From positions 530-64,529 of the forward strand of contig JAIKYA010000090.1 in NCBI GenBank assembly GCA_024683645.1: 64,000 bases of DNA, written 5' to 3'. Below the pieces are notes generated by a model. It did not search any database, had not been told where the DNA came from, and worked only from the letters and a program-made list of their open reading frames with translations. This DNA is from Lachnospiraceae bacterium. Lineage in GTDB: Bacteria; Bacillota; Clostridia; Lachnospirales; Lachnospiraceae. Both the position numbers and the translations under genes were made by a program. Of the stretch, positions 1 through 10,425 are shown piece after piece. The first letter of the stretch is position 1; each line of letters starts with the position of its first letter.

Positions 1-446
1 ACCCAGCCATTGAACATCATGGCGGTCGTTACTATACGGAAAAATCCCTGTCCGCCGGGAAAATCGTACTTAGCAAGCACGAATGCCGCCATGGAGGCTA
101 TGAACAGATGGCCTGCCGTACCAACGAAGGTGATGAACACCGTGTTGAACAGGTATCTTGAGAAAGTAACCCAGCCTTTTCCCATGGTAACGAAGAGGTC
201 ACCGAAGTTGTTCAGTGTAGGTCTTCTCGCAAATACCCTGGGCGGGAACATGAAGAGCTCGTCCAGAGGCTTGAGTGCTGCTTCAACCGCATATACCAGA
301 GGGAATACCATTATGATGGCAACCAGCGCCAGGAAGATATAGAGAGCTATATCACCCGATATGGATCTGTTGGCCTTTCTCCTCTTTATCAGCGGCTTCT
401 TGTAAGGCTTTTCCTCGATTACGTGCATTTTTTTGTTTTTCTTCAT
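1..446 (-). CDS. Carbohydrate ABC transporter permease (runs off window start)
   Basis: Manual translation from ATG at 446: MKKNKKMHVIEE...ALKPLDELFMFPP...YLFNTVFIT...AAFVLAKYDFPG, MalG-like; follows the MalF-like permease. Confidence 0.85.
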   Translation of the reverse strand, partial: MKKNKKMHVIEEKPYKKPLIKRRKANRSISGDIALYIFLALVAIIMVFPLVYAVEAALKPLDELFMFPPRVFARRPTLNNFGDLFVTMGKGWVTFSRYLFNTVFITFVGTAGHLFIASMAAFVLAKYDFPGGQGFFRIVTTAMMFNGW

Positions 447-498
447 AATATCTATCCTTACTCCTAAAGTGATTCAGGTATCGTATTCCGGTATTTCA

Positions 499-1488
499 TC
501 AGGTACCCACTCTTCTGAGGAGAGCCTGTATAGCCTTGTTGCACAGGATCATCATCAGGAAAAGTATAGCTGCTATACCGCAGGCATAACCCATTTCAAA
601 TCTCTGCTGACCGTAGTCGATCAGATGGGCCACTATGGTACGTGCGGCATAGTCGGTACTCGGGAAACCGCAGAGCTGCATCGTGACATCCGCAACACCG
701 AAGGAGGTGGTGATGGTCATAACGGCACCGAACATAAGCATGGGCTTCATACTCGGAAGGGTTATGTACCAGAGCTCCTGCCAGCGGTTACGCACACCGT
801 CGATGGCGCCTGCTTCAAACAGGGATGTATCAACACCCTGAAGACCTGCAACGAATGAAAGGAATCCGGTTCCGAGACTCATCCACAGGATAACCACCAT
901 ACAGATAGGAAGCATGTACTTGGGATCCGTGAACCAGTATATCGGGTTGTCGGTGATACCGAGGTTCATAAGGAATGCATTTGCATATCCGTATGCATCA
1001 CCGCGGAAGAACACCGAGAAGATAACGAAACAGTTACCTGCGATCGAAGGTGCATAGAATATGACCACCGCTATGCTTCGTACCATACGGGGAAGTTCGT
1101 TGATCATCCATGCGAATATGAATGACATTATATACCCGAGAGGTCCCGTGATCAGCGCTATGATGAAGGTATTCTTTACACCTATCAGGAAAATATCATC
1201 TTCAAGCAGGAGGCTGATATAGTTGTTAAGTCCGATAAAACGGGGCGGCTGCAGTATGTTGTAATACGTAAAGCTGTAGAATATGGACGCCACCACCGGA
1301 TACAGGAAGAACATCGCAAACAGTATCGCATAGGGAGCAAGGAAGAGATAACAGTTCTTGTTCATCTTCATCTTTCTCCATGCAACTTTTGCTTTGTGCT
1401 TACGAAGTATGAAATACTTCTGTAAGTACGTTTCGTTTCCCTTGATATCGGGTAACTTAGGGAGTGTTGATTCTTTTTCTTTCGCCAT
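499..1488 (-). CDS. Sugar ABC transporter permease (MalF-like)
   Basis: FIGLNNY motif, EAA loop (LFEAGAIDG), multiple TM segments. Confidence 0.92.
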   Translation of the reverse strand: MAKEKESTLPKLPDIKGNETYLQKYFILRKHKAKVAWRKMKMNKNCYLFLAPYAILFAMFFLYPVVASIFYSFTYYNILQPPRFIGLNNYISLLLEDDIFLIGVKNTFIIALITGPLGYIMSFIFAWMINELPRMVRSIAVVIFYAPSIAGNCFVIFSVFFRGDAYGYANAFLMNLGITDNPIYWFTDPKYMLPICMVVILWMSLGTGFLSFVAGLQGVDTSLFEAGAIDGVRNRWQELWYITLPSMKPMLMFGAVMTITTSFGVADVTMQLCGFPSTDYAARTIVAHLIDYGQQRFEMGYACGIAAILFLMMILCNKAIQALLRRVGT

Positions 1489-1500
1489 TTTTATACCTCT

Positions 1501-4449
1501 TTATTCTCCGTATACGGGCATACCGAACTCTCGTCTCTTCTTCGTGATCTCTTCATCGATCTTGATCGAGTAGTCGATGATGGTCTCACGTGTATCGTCC
1601 TTCTCGTTGATACATCTGCGCACTGCGTTTGCTATGTGACGGCCTGTGAAATATCCGCCGGGAACTTCCCTTATACCTACGGTCTGATCCCACTGTGCGC
1701 CGAGCACTTCGATATCCTCTACGCTCCAGGAAAGTCTTGAGAATGCATCCCTGTTAGCTGTATTGTATCTTGCGGAAGCACCGAGGAGTGCTTCTATCTC
1801 ACGTCCGAACCTCACCTGTGTATCCGCATTTGCCCACCACTTCATGAACTTCCAGGAATTCTGCTTCTTCTGCTCATAATCTGTCTTGATCATCATCGTC
1901 GCATTACCTGTGATGAAGCAGCTGCGGTCTATGGTTCCGTCTTCCTTCTCGGTACCGGGTATCAGTGTGAAATCCCAGAGACCTCTGATCTCCGGTGCGG
2001 ATACCATAAGTGTGTTATACATCGAGTATGCCATAACGCCTATGGGCATCTCACCCGAACGGAAACGGCTGACGAAGTCGAAGTAAACGGGTATGCCGTA
2101 ATCATTGAAGAACCTGACTGTGTCGTCAAATGCTCCGATGCCTGCCTCGGTATCAACAGCTGTCTTCGTACCCTCTTTATTGTACATATCTCCACCGTAC
2201 TGGAACAGCAGTGTGAAGTACAGTGAGAGGTCGGGCATATTGGAGGCCACAGTAGTGGTCGCACCTGCACTCGAGGAAGAACCTGCTGCCGAAGGCAGAC
2301 CTATCGTTAAGTTGTTGCCCTGAATGGTAGGCAGCATCTCGATGACTTCTTTCCAGGTATTGGGGATCTCAAGCTCCAGCTCCTCAAGTATGTCCTTACG
2401 ATAGAACATAACGTTGAAGGTCTGCTGCTCGGGAATCGCATAAATATGTCCGTCAAGCCCGTACTGCTCATATGAGCTGGGTGAATAGTGGCTGAGCACT
2501 TCCTTATAATCCGGGAACTGCGTGATATCCTCGGCAGCACCACGGAGAGCATAGTTGACAGGCTGGTCCGCACCTACGGAAAGCACCACGTCAGGTCCGC
2601 GTCCTGCAAGCACCGCATTGAGCAGAGCGTCTGCACCGACTATCTTGACGTTGACCTTGACTCCGGTATCGGGAGTGAAGCCGTCATCTATCATTGACTT
2701 TAAGATGGTACCCTGGTCACGTCCGGTCAGCACCCAAACGGTGATGGCATCCTTTGCATCGCTGCCGGTGTAAACATCACCGACTGCATTGTAATCAACA
2801 AAGAAAGAAGCCACGAAGGATCTGATCTCATGCCATGCCGACTTGAAGAAATTCGTCTTATCCTTTGCAGGTTCAACAGATGTGCCGGTAACCTGCAGGT
2901 AGTCTATATCCAGCTTGGTCTCGCTCAAGTTGAGTGCAGCGGTACCGAGAGCTGTGATATTATCCTTAAAAGCAATGAACTCAAGAGTGATCTTCTGGGG
3001 TTTCTTAACGAAACGCTCAAGCTGCTGGGCTATGGTCTGTGCGGTAGCAACATTGTCTGCCTTCTGTCCGCAGTATGCGACCATATCGTCGACAAGCTTG
3101 TAAAGTCTCTTGGATTCGATATCCATAGCCTCGATGATCTCGGGGTAGGTGGAATCGATCTTGTAATCACGGAACTGATCGGGTGTAGCACCGGTATATA
3201 CAAGCAGTTTTCTGTACACCTGATTGAGCCTGAAGGTAGAACCTTCAAGATTTGAAAGAAGCTCTCCGAGTTTGCCGAGTGTGGCATCGAGACGGATAGT
3301 ATGCTTACCCTTTGCAAGCCAGAACTTGAAATCATTTCCGTTCTCGTCGGCGAGTCTTTTGCAATCCCAGTCATTATCATATGTAAAGGATACTTCCTTA
3401 AGTTCCTCGAAAGGAATCTCGCCGTCTATGTATATGCTTCTGTTGGCAACGCTGCCTCGTGCATAATTCTGACGTCCCTTGACCATTATGTTGTAATAGC
3501 CGTCGGCAGGAACCTCAAAATCCCATTCAACCCACATACCGTTGCTTCTCCATGCCTCGCCGCCCACGTAGTTGAGCACCGTGGTGGTTACGCTTGAAGG
3601 GCTGGTGGTGGGTGATGAACGGTCATACTTTGCATAAAGTGAAGACTCGCTTCTCCTTACCGACTGCTCTCCTTCTATGATAACGGAAGCGTTCTGTGCC
3701 TCTGCGGAATCAGCCTTGCCTGCGTTAGCGGAAGAATAATCGGCATATGTGGGAAGTTCCTTTACTCCCCTTATCTCAAGCTTCTTTATCGCCATGGGCT
3801 CATTGACAGCTTCAAGAGTCAGGGTATTGGCGCCTTTTTCAAAATAGAAAAGGTAAGGATCGTCAACATATCCCATGTCATCGGCAAAATATGAATTCTG
3901 CCAGTCATATTCCTCAACCTGTGTGGGCCTGATCTCGTTTCTCTGGTTATCGACCTTTACGGGGCCGCCGTCTTTCCATATTCTGGTAAACTCAATGCTG
4001 ACCGCATCATCGAAAGGAGACTCGCCGTTTATCTTAACAGATCTCTCTACTGCAACACCTCTTGATTCTGCTGCAAGATATTCAAGATAAAGATTATAAA
4101 AGCCTGCTTCGGGAACATCCACATTCCAGGTAACTTTTGAATTAGCCTGGGTGAGCAGCGCTTTTTCTTCGCCGTAGTATGAATTTTCAACACTTACATC
4201 GCCTTCCGAAGTATAATTGTATATGTCTACTTCAGTATCCTTTGCCGGCGTAGCCGCACCGGAATGACTGCGGATATATTTGTCATAGGTGCCGTTTCTC
4301 TCGGTGCCCACAACTTCTCTGGTCAGATCCGCTCCGTCATACTTGTCATGGAAGTCGGTGACCTTTCTGTTGGAAAGAGCTATAATGACTATTGCCACTA
4401 CCGCTATCACCGCCAGTATGATAATCGCTGCGTTATTCTTCTTTTTCAT
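1501..4449 (-). CDS. Large extracellular solute-binding protein with N-terminal CBM-like domains
   Basis: N-terminal TM anchor; C-terminal family-1 SBP motifs (GRGPDV, MFYRKDIL, PNTW); two similar beta-sandwich segments; upstream of permeases. Confidence 0.85.
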   Translation of the reverse strand: MKKKNNAAIIILAVIAVVAIVIIALSNRKVTDFHDKYDGADLTREVVGTERNGTYDKYIRSHSGAATPAKDTEVDIYNYTSEGDVSVENSYYGEEKALLTQANSKVTWNVDVPEAGFYNLYLEYLAAESRGVAVERSVKINGESPFDDAVSIEFTRIWKDGGPVKVDNQRNEIRPTQVEEYDWQNSYFADDMGYVDDPYLFYFEKGANTLTLEAVNEPMAIKKLEIRGVKELPTYADYSSANAGKADSAEAQNASVIIEGEQSVRRSESSLYAKYDRSSPTTSPSSVTTTVLNYVGGEAWRSNGMWVEWDFEVPADGYYNIMVKGRQNYARGSVANRSIYIDGEIPFEELKEVSFTYDNDWDCKRLADENGNDFKFWLAKGKHTIRLDATLGKLGELLSNLEGSTFRLNQVYRKLLVYTGATPDQFRDYKIDSTYPEIIEAMDIESKRLYKLVDDMVAYCGQKADNVATAQTIAQQLERFVKKPQKITLEFIAFKDNITALGTAALNLSETKLDIDYLQVTGTSVEPAKDKTNFFKSAWHEIRSFVASFFVDYNAVGDVYTGSDAKDAITVWVLTGRDQGTILKSMIDDGFTPDTGVKVNVKIVGADALLNAVLAGRGPDVVLSVGADQPVNYALRGAAEDITQFPDYKEVLSHYSPSSYEQYGLDGHIYAIPEQQTFNVMFYRKDILEELELEIPNTWKEVIEMLPTIQGNNLTIGLPSAAGSSSSAGATTTVASNMPDLSLYFTLLFQYGGDMYNKEGTKTAVDTEAGIGAFDDTVRFFNDYGIPVYFDFVSRFRSGEMPIGVMAYSMYNTLMVSAPEIRGLWDFTLIPGTEKEDGTIDRSCFITGNATMMIKTDYEQKKQNSWKFMKWWANADTQVRFGREIEALLGASARYNTANRDAFSRLSWSVEDIEVLGAQWDQTVGIREVPGGYFTGRHIANAVRRCINEKDDTRETIIDYSIKIDEEITKKRREFGMPVYGE

Positions 4450-4464
4450 CTCTTCCTCCGGCTG

Positions 4465-5856
4465 TTACTTTGTAAATGGATAAAAGCAGGGCTTAGGCTC
4501 ATAATTTTCATCAAACAGGAGCGGACACTGGGGTAAACCCGTCTTGCTCCCTCCGCCTACATCCGACCTGGACTGCAGCCATGAATAGTGATCCACTGTG
4601 CCCCAGAAGGTTATTCCTTCCACTTCGCCATCTGCGTTCTTCACGCAGTTCCATATCACGTTATATCTTTTCTCCAGCTTTTCGTATTCGGCAGCTTTTG
4701 CTTCCTCACTCCCGTTGTATCCCTCGCTGGCTCTTATATCTACTTCGGTGAGCTGTACCTTCCCCACCACTTCGGCATACTGTTTTATCGCACTCTGTAT
4801 GTCGATAGTCGACGGATCTTCCATCCCGTAATGACCCTGCATACCCATGGCGCTTATCCTCGTGCCCTCTCCGGGCGCGCCTTCCTGCGCCTTTATTTCT
4901 TTAAGAAGTTCTATTATGCCGTACTTCTTGTTTCTTACACATTCATTGTAATCGTTATAATACAGTTCCAGTTCTGCCGGTGCATATTTGTTGGCATACT
5001 TAAAGGCGTTGATGATGAACTCATTGCTTTTATATACCGCCCACCAGCTGGAATTGCTCCCGTGCCTGTCGGCACTTAAGGGCTCCGAAGGATTTTCCGT
5101 TTCGGTCCTGTACGTCCCCGTACCGTCGCTTATCGCTTCGTTTACCACATCCCAGCCATAGAACAGTTCCTTATATCTGCTGTCTTCGCCTGTGTAGTAA
5201 GTGAGCATGCTCTTTATATACCACTCAAGACGCTTATCCATCTCCCGGGCACTGACATACGGTCTGTTCTTATCGTAATCCTCGTGGAAGAACCATTCCG
5301 GCGTCTGCGAATGCCATACCAGCACATGCCCTCTTATCATTATCTTCCGGTCGGGATTTTCTTCATTCCATTTAAGGAAGAGGTCCAGCATACGGTCTGC
5401 TCTGGAATGGTCCAGCCTCGGCACCGTGATGTCCTCGCCGTTAAGCGTATCGGTTTCCGTTCCCGGACACTGCGCCACACTGTAGCCGAACATGCAGTCG
5501 GGCTTCAGCTCGTTGCCCAGTGTTACTCTTTCAAAGTGCGTTGTTATTATATCCCAGACTTTCGGGTCATCTATCTCCGCTCCCGTGACCGCGCATCCCG
5601 CGAAGGCTCCGGATCTTTCCCTCACCGCGTCCCTCAGTACCGGCACTTCTTCTGCCGTATCTTCGGTCTCTTCGTCTTCCGCCCCGTTCACAGCGGGTAC
5701 TGCAGGCTCTTCCTGTGCTGCCGCATCCCCGATCGTTTCCTGCACGGCGGCAGGAGGTGTGGCATCCGCTTCGGGTGTGTCATTTCCTGCGCATCCGGTG
5801 ATCATACATACTGCCGCGATCAGTGCAATTCCTTTTTTTATAAGCTTTTTCGGCAT
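4465..5856 (-). CDS. GH10 endo-1,4-beta-xylanase, putative lipoprotein
   Basis: NELKP, RGHVLVWHSQTP, WDVVNE, YNDYN, GMQGHY, TEVD motifs; lipobox-like ITGC. Confidence 0.93.
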   Translation of the reverse strand: MPKKLIKKGIALIAAVCMITGCAGNDTPEADATPPAAVQETIGDAAAQEEPAVPAVNGAEDEETEDTAEEVPVLRDAVRERSGAFAGCAVTGAEIDDPKVWDIITTHFERVTLGNELKPDCMFGYSVAQCPGTETDTLNGEDITVPRLDHSRADRMLDLFLKWNEENPDRKIMIRGHVLVWHSQTPEWFFHEDYDKNRPYVSAREMDKRLEWYIKSMLTYYTGEDSRYKELFYGWDVVNEAISDGTGTYRTETENPSEPLSADRHGSNSSWWAVYKSNEFIINAFKYANKYAPAELELYYNDYNECVRNKKYGIIELLKEIKAQEGAPGEGTRISAMGMQGHYGMEDPSTIDIQSAIKQYAEVVGKVQLTEVDIRASEGYNGSEEAKAAEYEKLEKRYNVIWNCVKNADGEVEGITFWGTVDHYSWLQSRSDVGGGSKTGLPQCPLLFDENYEPKPCFYPFTK

Positions 5857-6018
5857 TTTTCCACCACTAAAAAACGCATAATACGCCCTATCAGCTATAC
5901 ACGATTATAAGCTTTCGGCTTTTCAGGATGCTTATTAAATCATGCTTCGGTTTACCCAGATTTTGCTTTTTGTTTTGCACAGCTTTTTTACAGCGTTTTA
6001 TTGATATTTTGTGCATTT

Positions 6019-6047
6019 TTGACAAATTACATATTTAATAGTATAAT
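6019..6047 (+). promoter_or_regulatory. Sigma-A promoter of AraC gene
   Basis: TTGACA-N17-TATAAT perfect consensus. Confidence 0.8.
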
Positions 6048-6054
6048 ACCGCTC

Positions 6055-7029
6055 ATGAAAAAAGAAATCTCGGAAATCATCCAGTCCGCAAGGACTGAGG
6101 AAATAAACGATTATTATACAGCCAATCAGGATTTCGGAAACGTACGCGTCGTAAAAGACGGGCACGAGGTTGTAGATTACAGGCATTCCAGCCTCCACCG
6201 CATCTGGATGAATGAGCAGGCCGTGAATTTTGCTCCCCACTGGCACTCCGCCATAGAGATGATCATTCCCGTTGAAAATATATATACCGCTGTATGCAAT
6301 GATATTTCTTATGAGATAAAACCTGCGGAGATACTTATCATCCCGCCCGGTGTCCTGCATGAGCTCCAGGCACCGCCTACGGGCCGCCGCTTTATCTTCA
6401 TAATGAATATAAGTTCGTTTACCAAACTCACCAGCTTTGCCAGGATCATGGCCATCCTGTCACAGCCGCTGCTTTTAAATGAAGAAAAAAATCCCGAGGT
6501 CTACGGTGACATCTATACCATTCTGCTGCAGATCAGGAACGAATATTTCGGTCAGGGAGAATTCTCCGACCTTACTATACAGTCCCTGCTGCTGAAGATG
6601 TTCGTCTGTCTCGGTGAAAACTATGACCACCAGGAAAATGTCTTCTACGGTGCCGCTCCTTCCAAGCGCAAAGAGTATGTGGAGCTGTTCAATGACACGC
6701 TCAAATACATAGACGAACATTTCACCGAAGAACTGAGTCTCGAAAACATAGCCTTCAAGACCGGTTTTTCCAAATTCCATTTCTCGAGGCTTTTTAAGCA
6801 GTATACCAATTATAATTTCAGTGATTATCTTTGCTTCCGAAGGATAAAGGAAGCCGAGACGCTTTTGATGCAGCCCGAAATGTCCATCACCGATGTTGCC
6901 ATCTCCTCGGGCTTTTCCAGTATATCTACTTTCAACCGTCTGTTCAAGCAGCACAAGGGCTGCTCTCCCAGCGATTACAGAAGGCGCAATTCCGGGCTCC
7001 TTAAAAAGGGTTCCCAGATACACGCTTAA
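6055..7029 (+). CDS. AraC family transcriptional regulator
   Basis: Cupin HWH motif; C-terminal HTH (SITDVAISSGFSSISTFNRLFK); ATG at 6055 preferred over the TTG at 6001, which lies upstream of the promoter. Confidence 0.92.
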   Translation: MKKEISEIIQSARTEEINDYYTANQDFGNVRVVKDGHEVVDYRHSSLHRIWMNEQAVNFAPHWHSAIEMIIPVENIYTAVCNDISYEIKPAEILIIPPGVLHELQAPPTGRRFIFIMNISSFTKLTSFARIMAILSQPLLLNEEKNPEVYGDIYTILLQIRNEYFGQGEFSDLTIQSLLLKMFVCLGENYDHQENVFYGAAPSKRKEYVELFNDTLKYIDEHFTEELSLENIAFKTGFSKFHFSRLFKQYTNYNFSDYLCFRRIKEAETLLMQPEMSITDVAISSGFSSISTFNRLFKQHKGCSPSDYRRRNSGLLKKGSQIHA

Positions 7030-8561
7030 GGATTATATACAAAATTCTTAAACACTGCCTTTCCGCCCGGTGTCCTGGTGGAGTAGCAGCAGAGTCCGAA
7101 ACGGTTACCCGTAAAGTGTGAAAGTCTGAATTCCATTTTATGGGAAGCACCGAACTTCACGAATTTATTCCCTTTCAGATAATAGAAATCCAGACGGTCT
7201 TTCATATCATCAAAAGTTGCTTTAAGACACAGGCATACCTCGGGACCGTCCAGCGCGATCTTGTCCGTGACGTCTCCGGGCATCAGGTCAACCCTCGCCA
7301 TGTTATCCTTTAAGTCCTCACCGTTTCTTACTATCCTTACCAGATAATATCTGCCCATTTCTTTTGTGACTGCTATCATGCCATAGCAGCTCTGCAGCGC
7401 GCAGAGTCCCGCCACGTCGCCGTCACGCAGTCCTTCCGCATTCACGGTCACTTCCGCATTGCACCTCGGCCACAGCATCCTCTGGGTCAGCGTGTTCTTT
7501 GCAAAGGTGAGATTGACACAGATCTTGTCTGTCGTTATCTCCAGCCCGCCCTCCGGGAGCAGCTGCCACAGCTCGTTATCCGGCTGATGGTTCCACTGCC
7601 ACTGAAGCTTGAGCTGCCTGTTCTTGGGCAGTTCTTCCTTAAGCACAAAGCGGTCGGAAGTATAGAGCGGTTCGTAATCGTAATTCGGTCTGGCGCTGGT
7701 GAGATCCATTCTCGCCGGGGTCTTTCCGTATTCTCCGAACACAGGCATGTCGTCTTTCCAGCTCACCGGCACCAGCACGGGTATGCGGCCGACAGCCCCC
7801 ATATCCTGGAAGAGCACCGCATACCACTTGCCGTTTAAGGTGTCCACTATGCCACCCTGTGCCACACCCTGGGAGAAATAATCCCTGCAGTCTTCGAATA
7901 CCACTCCGCCGGTAAACTCCCCCTCAAGACTTTCCGATCTGAAGCAGCTCTCGGTCCTTATCCCTCCTATGGGCCAGTCTATAACAAAGAGATAATAATA
8001 TTTTCCTATCTTGTAAAAATGCGAACCCTCGTAACCGAGTCCTATATTTCTCTCATCTTTTACGATGACTCTTTCCAGACCGCCTTCTTTGGCAGCGGTC
8101 ATCTCCTCATTCAGTTCGGTGATATGTATCTCGGTGTTTCCGTGGATCAGATATTTTCTTCCGTCATCATCAAAGAAAAGCGATGCGTCATGATACCTTC
8201 CCGCAACCACCGTTTTTTTCCACGGTCCTTCAATGCTTTCGGAAGTAAAGAGATAATTGGCGTTCCCGCTGTTGCTCAGAAAGAAGATATAGAATTTCCC
8301 CTCATGATATCTGAAAGAAGGCGCCCACATGCCGCCCGCATATTCGGTCTTTTCCAGCTCCATCCTCTCCTGGGGATTGTCATCCAGCTTATCATATACA
8401 TAAGCGGCAAGTTCCCACTCGGCGAGATCGTATGAGCGCAGTATTGCACAGCCGGGCATGAAATACATGGTGGTACTCACCATATAAAAGGTATCATTTA
8501 CCCTTATCACATCCGGATCGGGATAATCCATTCTTATTATAGGATTTACCAGCTTCTTCAT
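7026..8561 (-). CDS. GH43 glycoside hydrolase (beta-xylosidase/arabinofuranosidase)
   Basis: PDPDVIRV, GMWAPS, DASLFFDDDG, YEGSH; C-terminal LQWQWNH beta-sandwich. Confidence 0.92.
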   Translation of the reverse strand: MKKLVNPIIRMDYPDPDVIRVNDTFYMVSTTMYFMPGCAILRSYDLAEWELAAYVYDKLDDNPQERMELEKTEYAGGMWAPSFRYHEGKFYIFFLSNSGNANYLFTSESIEGPWKKTVVAGRYHDASLFFDDDGRKYLIHGNTEIHITELNEEMTAAKEGGLERVIVKDERNIGLGYEGSHFYKIGKYYYLFVIDWPIGGIRTESCFRSESLEGEFTGGVVFEDCRDYFSQGVAQGGIVDTLNGKWYAVLFQDMGAVGRIPVLVPVSWKDDMPVFGEYGKTPARMDLTSARPNYDYEPLYTSDRFVLKEELPKNRQLKLQWQWNHQPDNELWQLLPEGGLEITTDKICVNLTFAKNTLTQRMLWPRCNAEVTVNAEGLRDGDVAGLCALQSCYGMIAVTKEMGRYYLVRIVRNGEDLKDNMARVDLMPGDVTDKIALDGPEVCLCLKATFDDMKDRLDFYYLKGNKFVKFGASHKMEFRLSHFTGNRFGLCCYSTRTPGGKAVFKNFVYNP

Positions 8562-8576
8562 CTTATGATCCCTCTG

Positions 8577-10298
8577 TCAGTCTACTATACCAAATCCGAG
8601 TATCGTAAATCTCTTATCGATATCCTTTTCGGGTATCCTTACCTCTATGTCACGCTCCTTCGCGGGGCCGCCCCTGTGTACTATCAGCGCATTGCAGTGT
8701 CCCCAGCCGATGATATGCGGATCTATCGTAAGCTTCTTTTCACCGTCGCAGTATACTTCGGCCGTACCCACTTCAAGTGAAGCGGAATCCATATATACGA
8801 TGAAAAATGCGCTGCACTTTACTTTCAGCTTAAATACCGCTTCCGAGGATTTTCCGTCATACATCCAGTTATCGTTAAACTCAGGCGTACCCTGAAGATT
8901 GCGGTCCCTCTCCACATACTGGAGCTCCGTGCCCTTTTCGGTAAATGCTCCTGCATCATAGCTTATCACAGCCGCACAGTCGTCTATGTTCTTTCTGTCG
9001 GCGAGATATACGTTTTCAAATTCGCTGCCCTTGGGAGGCGTGACGGATGTGATATCGAGATCCTCCGTATCTTCCGAAGCATCTGCTGCCTTAAACAGAT
9101 TTACGAGCGAATCACTCATTATCTTATGTCCGGTATTGGTAGGATGGAACATATCGTAGAAAAACTGGTTCTTGGAAATGATCCCGCCCTCTTCCTCACT
9201 GAGATAGAACTTCTCGTACACGGCCTTCTTTATGCTGACCATCGGCAGGTTGTAAGCCTTCCCGACACAGTCAAGCCTCTCCTCCAGATTGTAACCGTCT
9301 ACAAAAACGGAAAAGAGGAGTATCACCGCGGGCTTCTGCGGACTGTTGTATATCTTGCGCACCAGAGAGTCGTAGCATTCGCCCTTTGTCTCATCGCCCT
9401 CATCGTTGACGGCAAACTCAACCACCACCACATCGGGGATAAAGCGGCCGTAATCCGTGAGGTCCTTTTCGTATCTGATCATACCCAGCTCCGAAGGCGT
9501 GCCGCCCACACCGGCCTTGCAGTATCCGATATTGTCCTCATAACCGCGGCCGCACAGATCGCAGAATCCTTTGAACGCATTATAGGCATAGCATTCCGTA
9601 TTGATCGGAATGGCTCCCGCACCCTGGGTGATGGATCCGCCGATAAAACCGACATTTACCTTCTCCCCTGCACGCGCCCTGTCTATCGCATTTTTCAGTC
9701 TGTGGATATTTCCCTTCGAAACCAGGGAATCACTGATGATCATTTTATATGCGGCACCGTCGTAATCTATCTCTTTCTCCGGCTTCTGCACCGGAGCGGT
9801 ATAACCGTCATTCAGATAAAAGCACACCGTTGCTTTTGCAGTCAGCCCGCTCTCTTCAAATTCAAAACGTATCTGCCCCGGCACATTGTCATCGTCGGAC
9901 CAGTCGCACTTAGACAGATCCATGACCCATTCCATGCCGTCGCTCATAAGCTCCATTTCCAGCGTGGTCCCGGAATTATACAGATCCCTGTGTCCGTACA
10001 TCTGAAAAGCAAACTTCACTTTTACGGGCTCCCCGGCTTTTCTTACGGATACGCCTATGCTGTGGACCTGCTTTCTCAAACCTGCTACCGTACCGATCTC
10101 GGCAGCCATCCTCTCGTCTTCCAGATTGCCTGCAAGACGTGCGGCCGCCTGCAGCCTGCCGTTATCCTCGTAAATGAACTGTATGCCCCTGCCGTCCGGC
10201 TGGGGAGCAGCGCATATCTGCTTGTCCTTCATCACAAAATATCCGGGCCTCTTGGCTGTGGGGTCTTTGGGAGCTACAGGTCCTCTTCTCTCTTCCAT
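8577..10298 (-). CDS. SGNH/GDSL hydrolase, probable carbohydrate esterase
   Basis: GGSITQG, VVEFAVND, DMFHP; xylan-locus context. Confidence 0.82.
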   Translation of the reverse strand: MEERRGPVAPKDPTAKRPGYFVMKDKQICAAPQPDGRGIQFIYEDNGRLQAAARLAGNLEDERMAAEIGTVAGLRKQVHSIGVSVRKAGEPVKVKFAFQMYGHRDLYNSGTTLEMELMSDGMEWVMDLSKCDWSDDDNVPGQIRFEFEESGLTAKATVCFYLNDGYTAPVQKPEKEIDYDGAAYKMIISDSLVSKGNIHRLKNAIDRARAGEKVNVGFIGGSITQGAGAIPINTECYAYNAFKGFCDLCGRGYEDNIGYCKAGVGGTPSELGMIRYEKDLTDYGRFIPDVVVVEFAVNDEGDETKGECYDSLVRKIYNSPQKPAVILLFSVFVDGYNLEERLDCVGKAYNLPMVSIKKAVYEKFYLSEEEGGIISKNQFFYDMFHPTNTGHKIMSDSLVNLFKAADASEDTEDLDITSVTPPKGSEFENVYLADRKNIDDCAAVISYDAGAFTEKGTELQYVERDRNLQGTPEFNDNWMYDGKSSEAVFKLKVKCSAFFIVYMDSASLEVGTAEVYCDGEKKLTIDPHIIGWGHCNALIVHRGGPAKERDIEVRIPEKDIDKRFTILGFGIVD

Positions 10299-10425
10299 GG
10301 CAGATCCTTTCCTGATAAACAAAGGGGGCATACCACGCCCCCTGTCCGTGCTTATTCAGAATTCTACCTAAGCCGTATACCTTTTGCTCCTTATGTCTTG
10401 TTTTTTACTTATCAAACCTTGCGAA

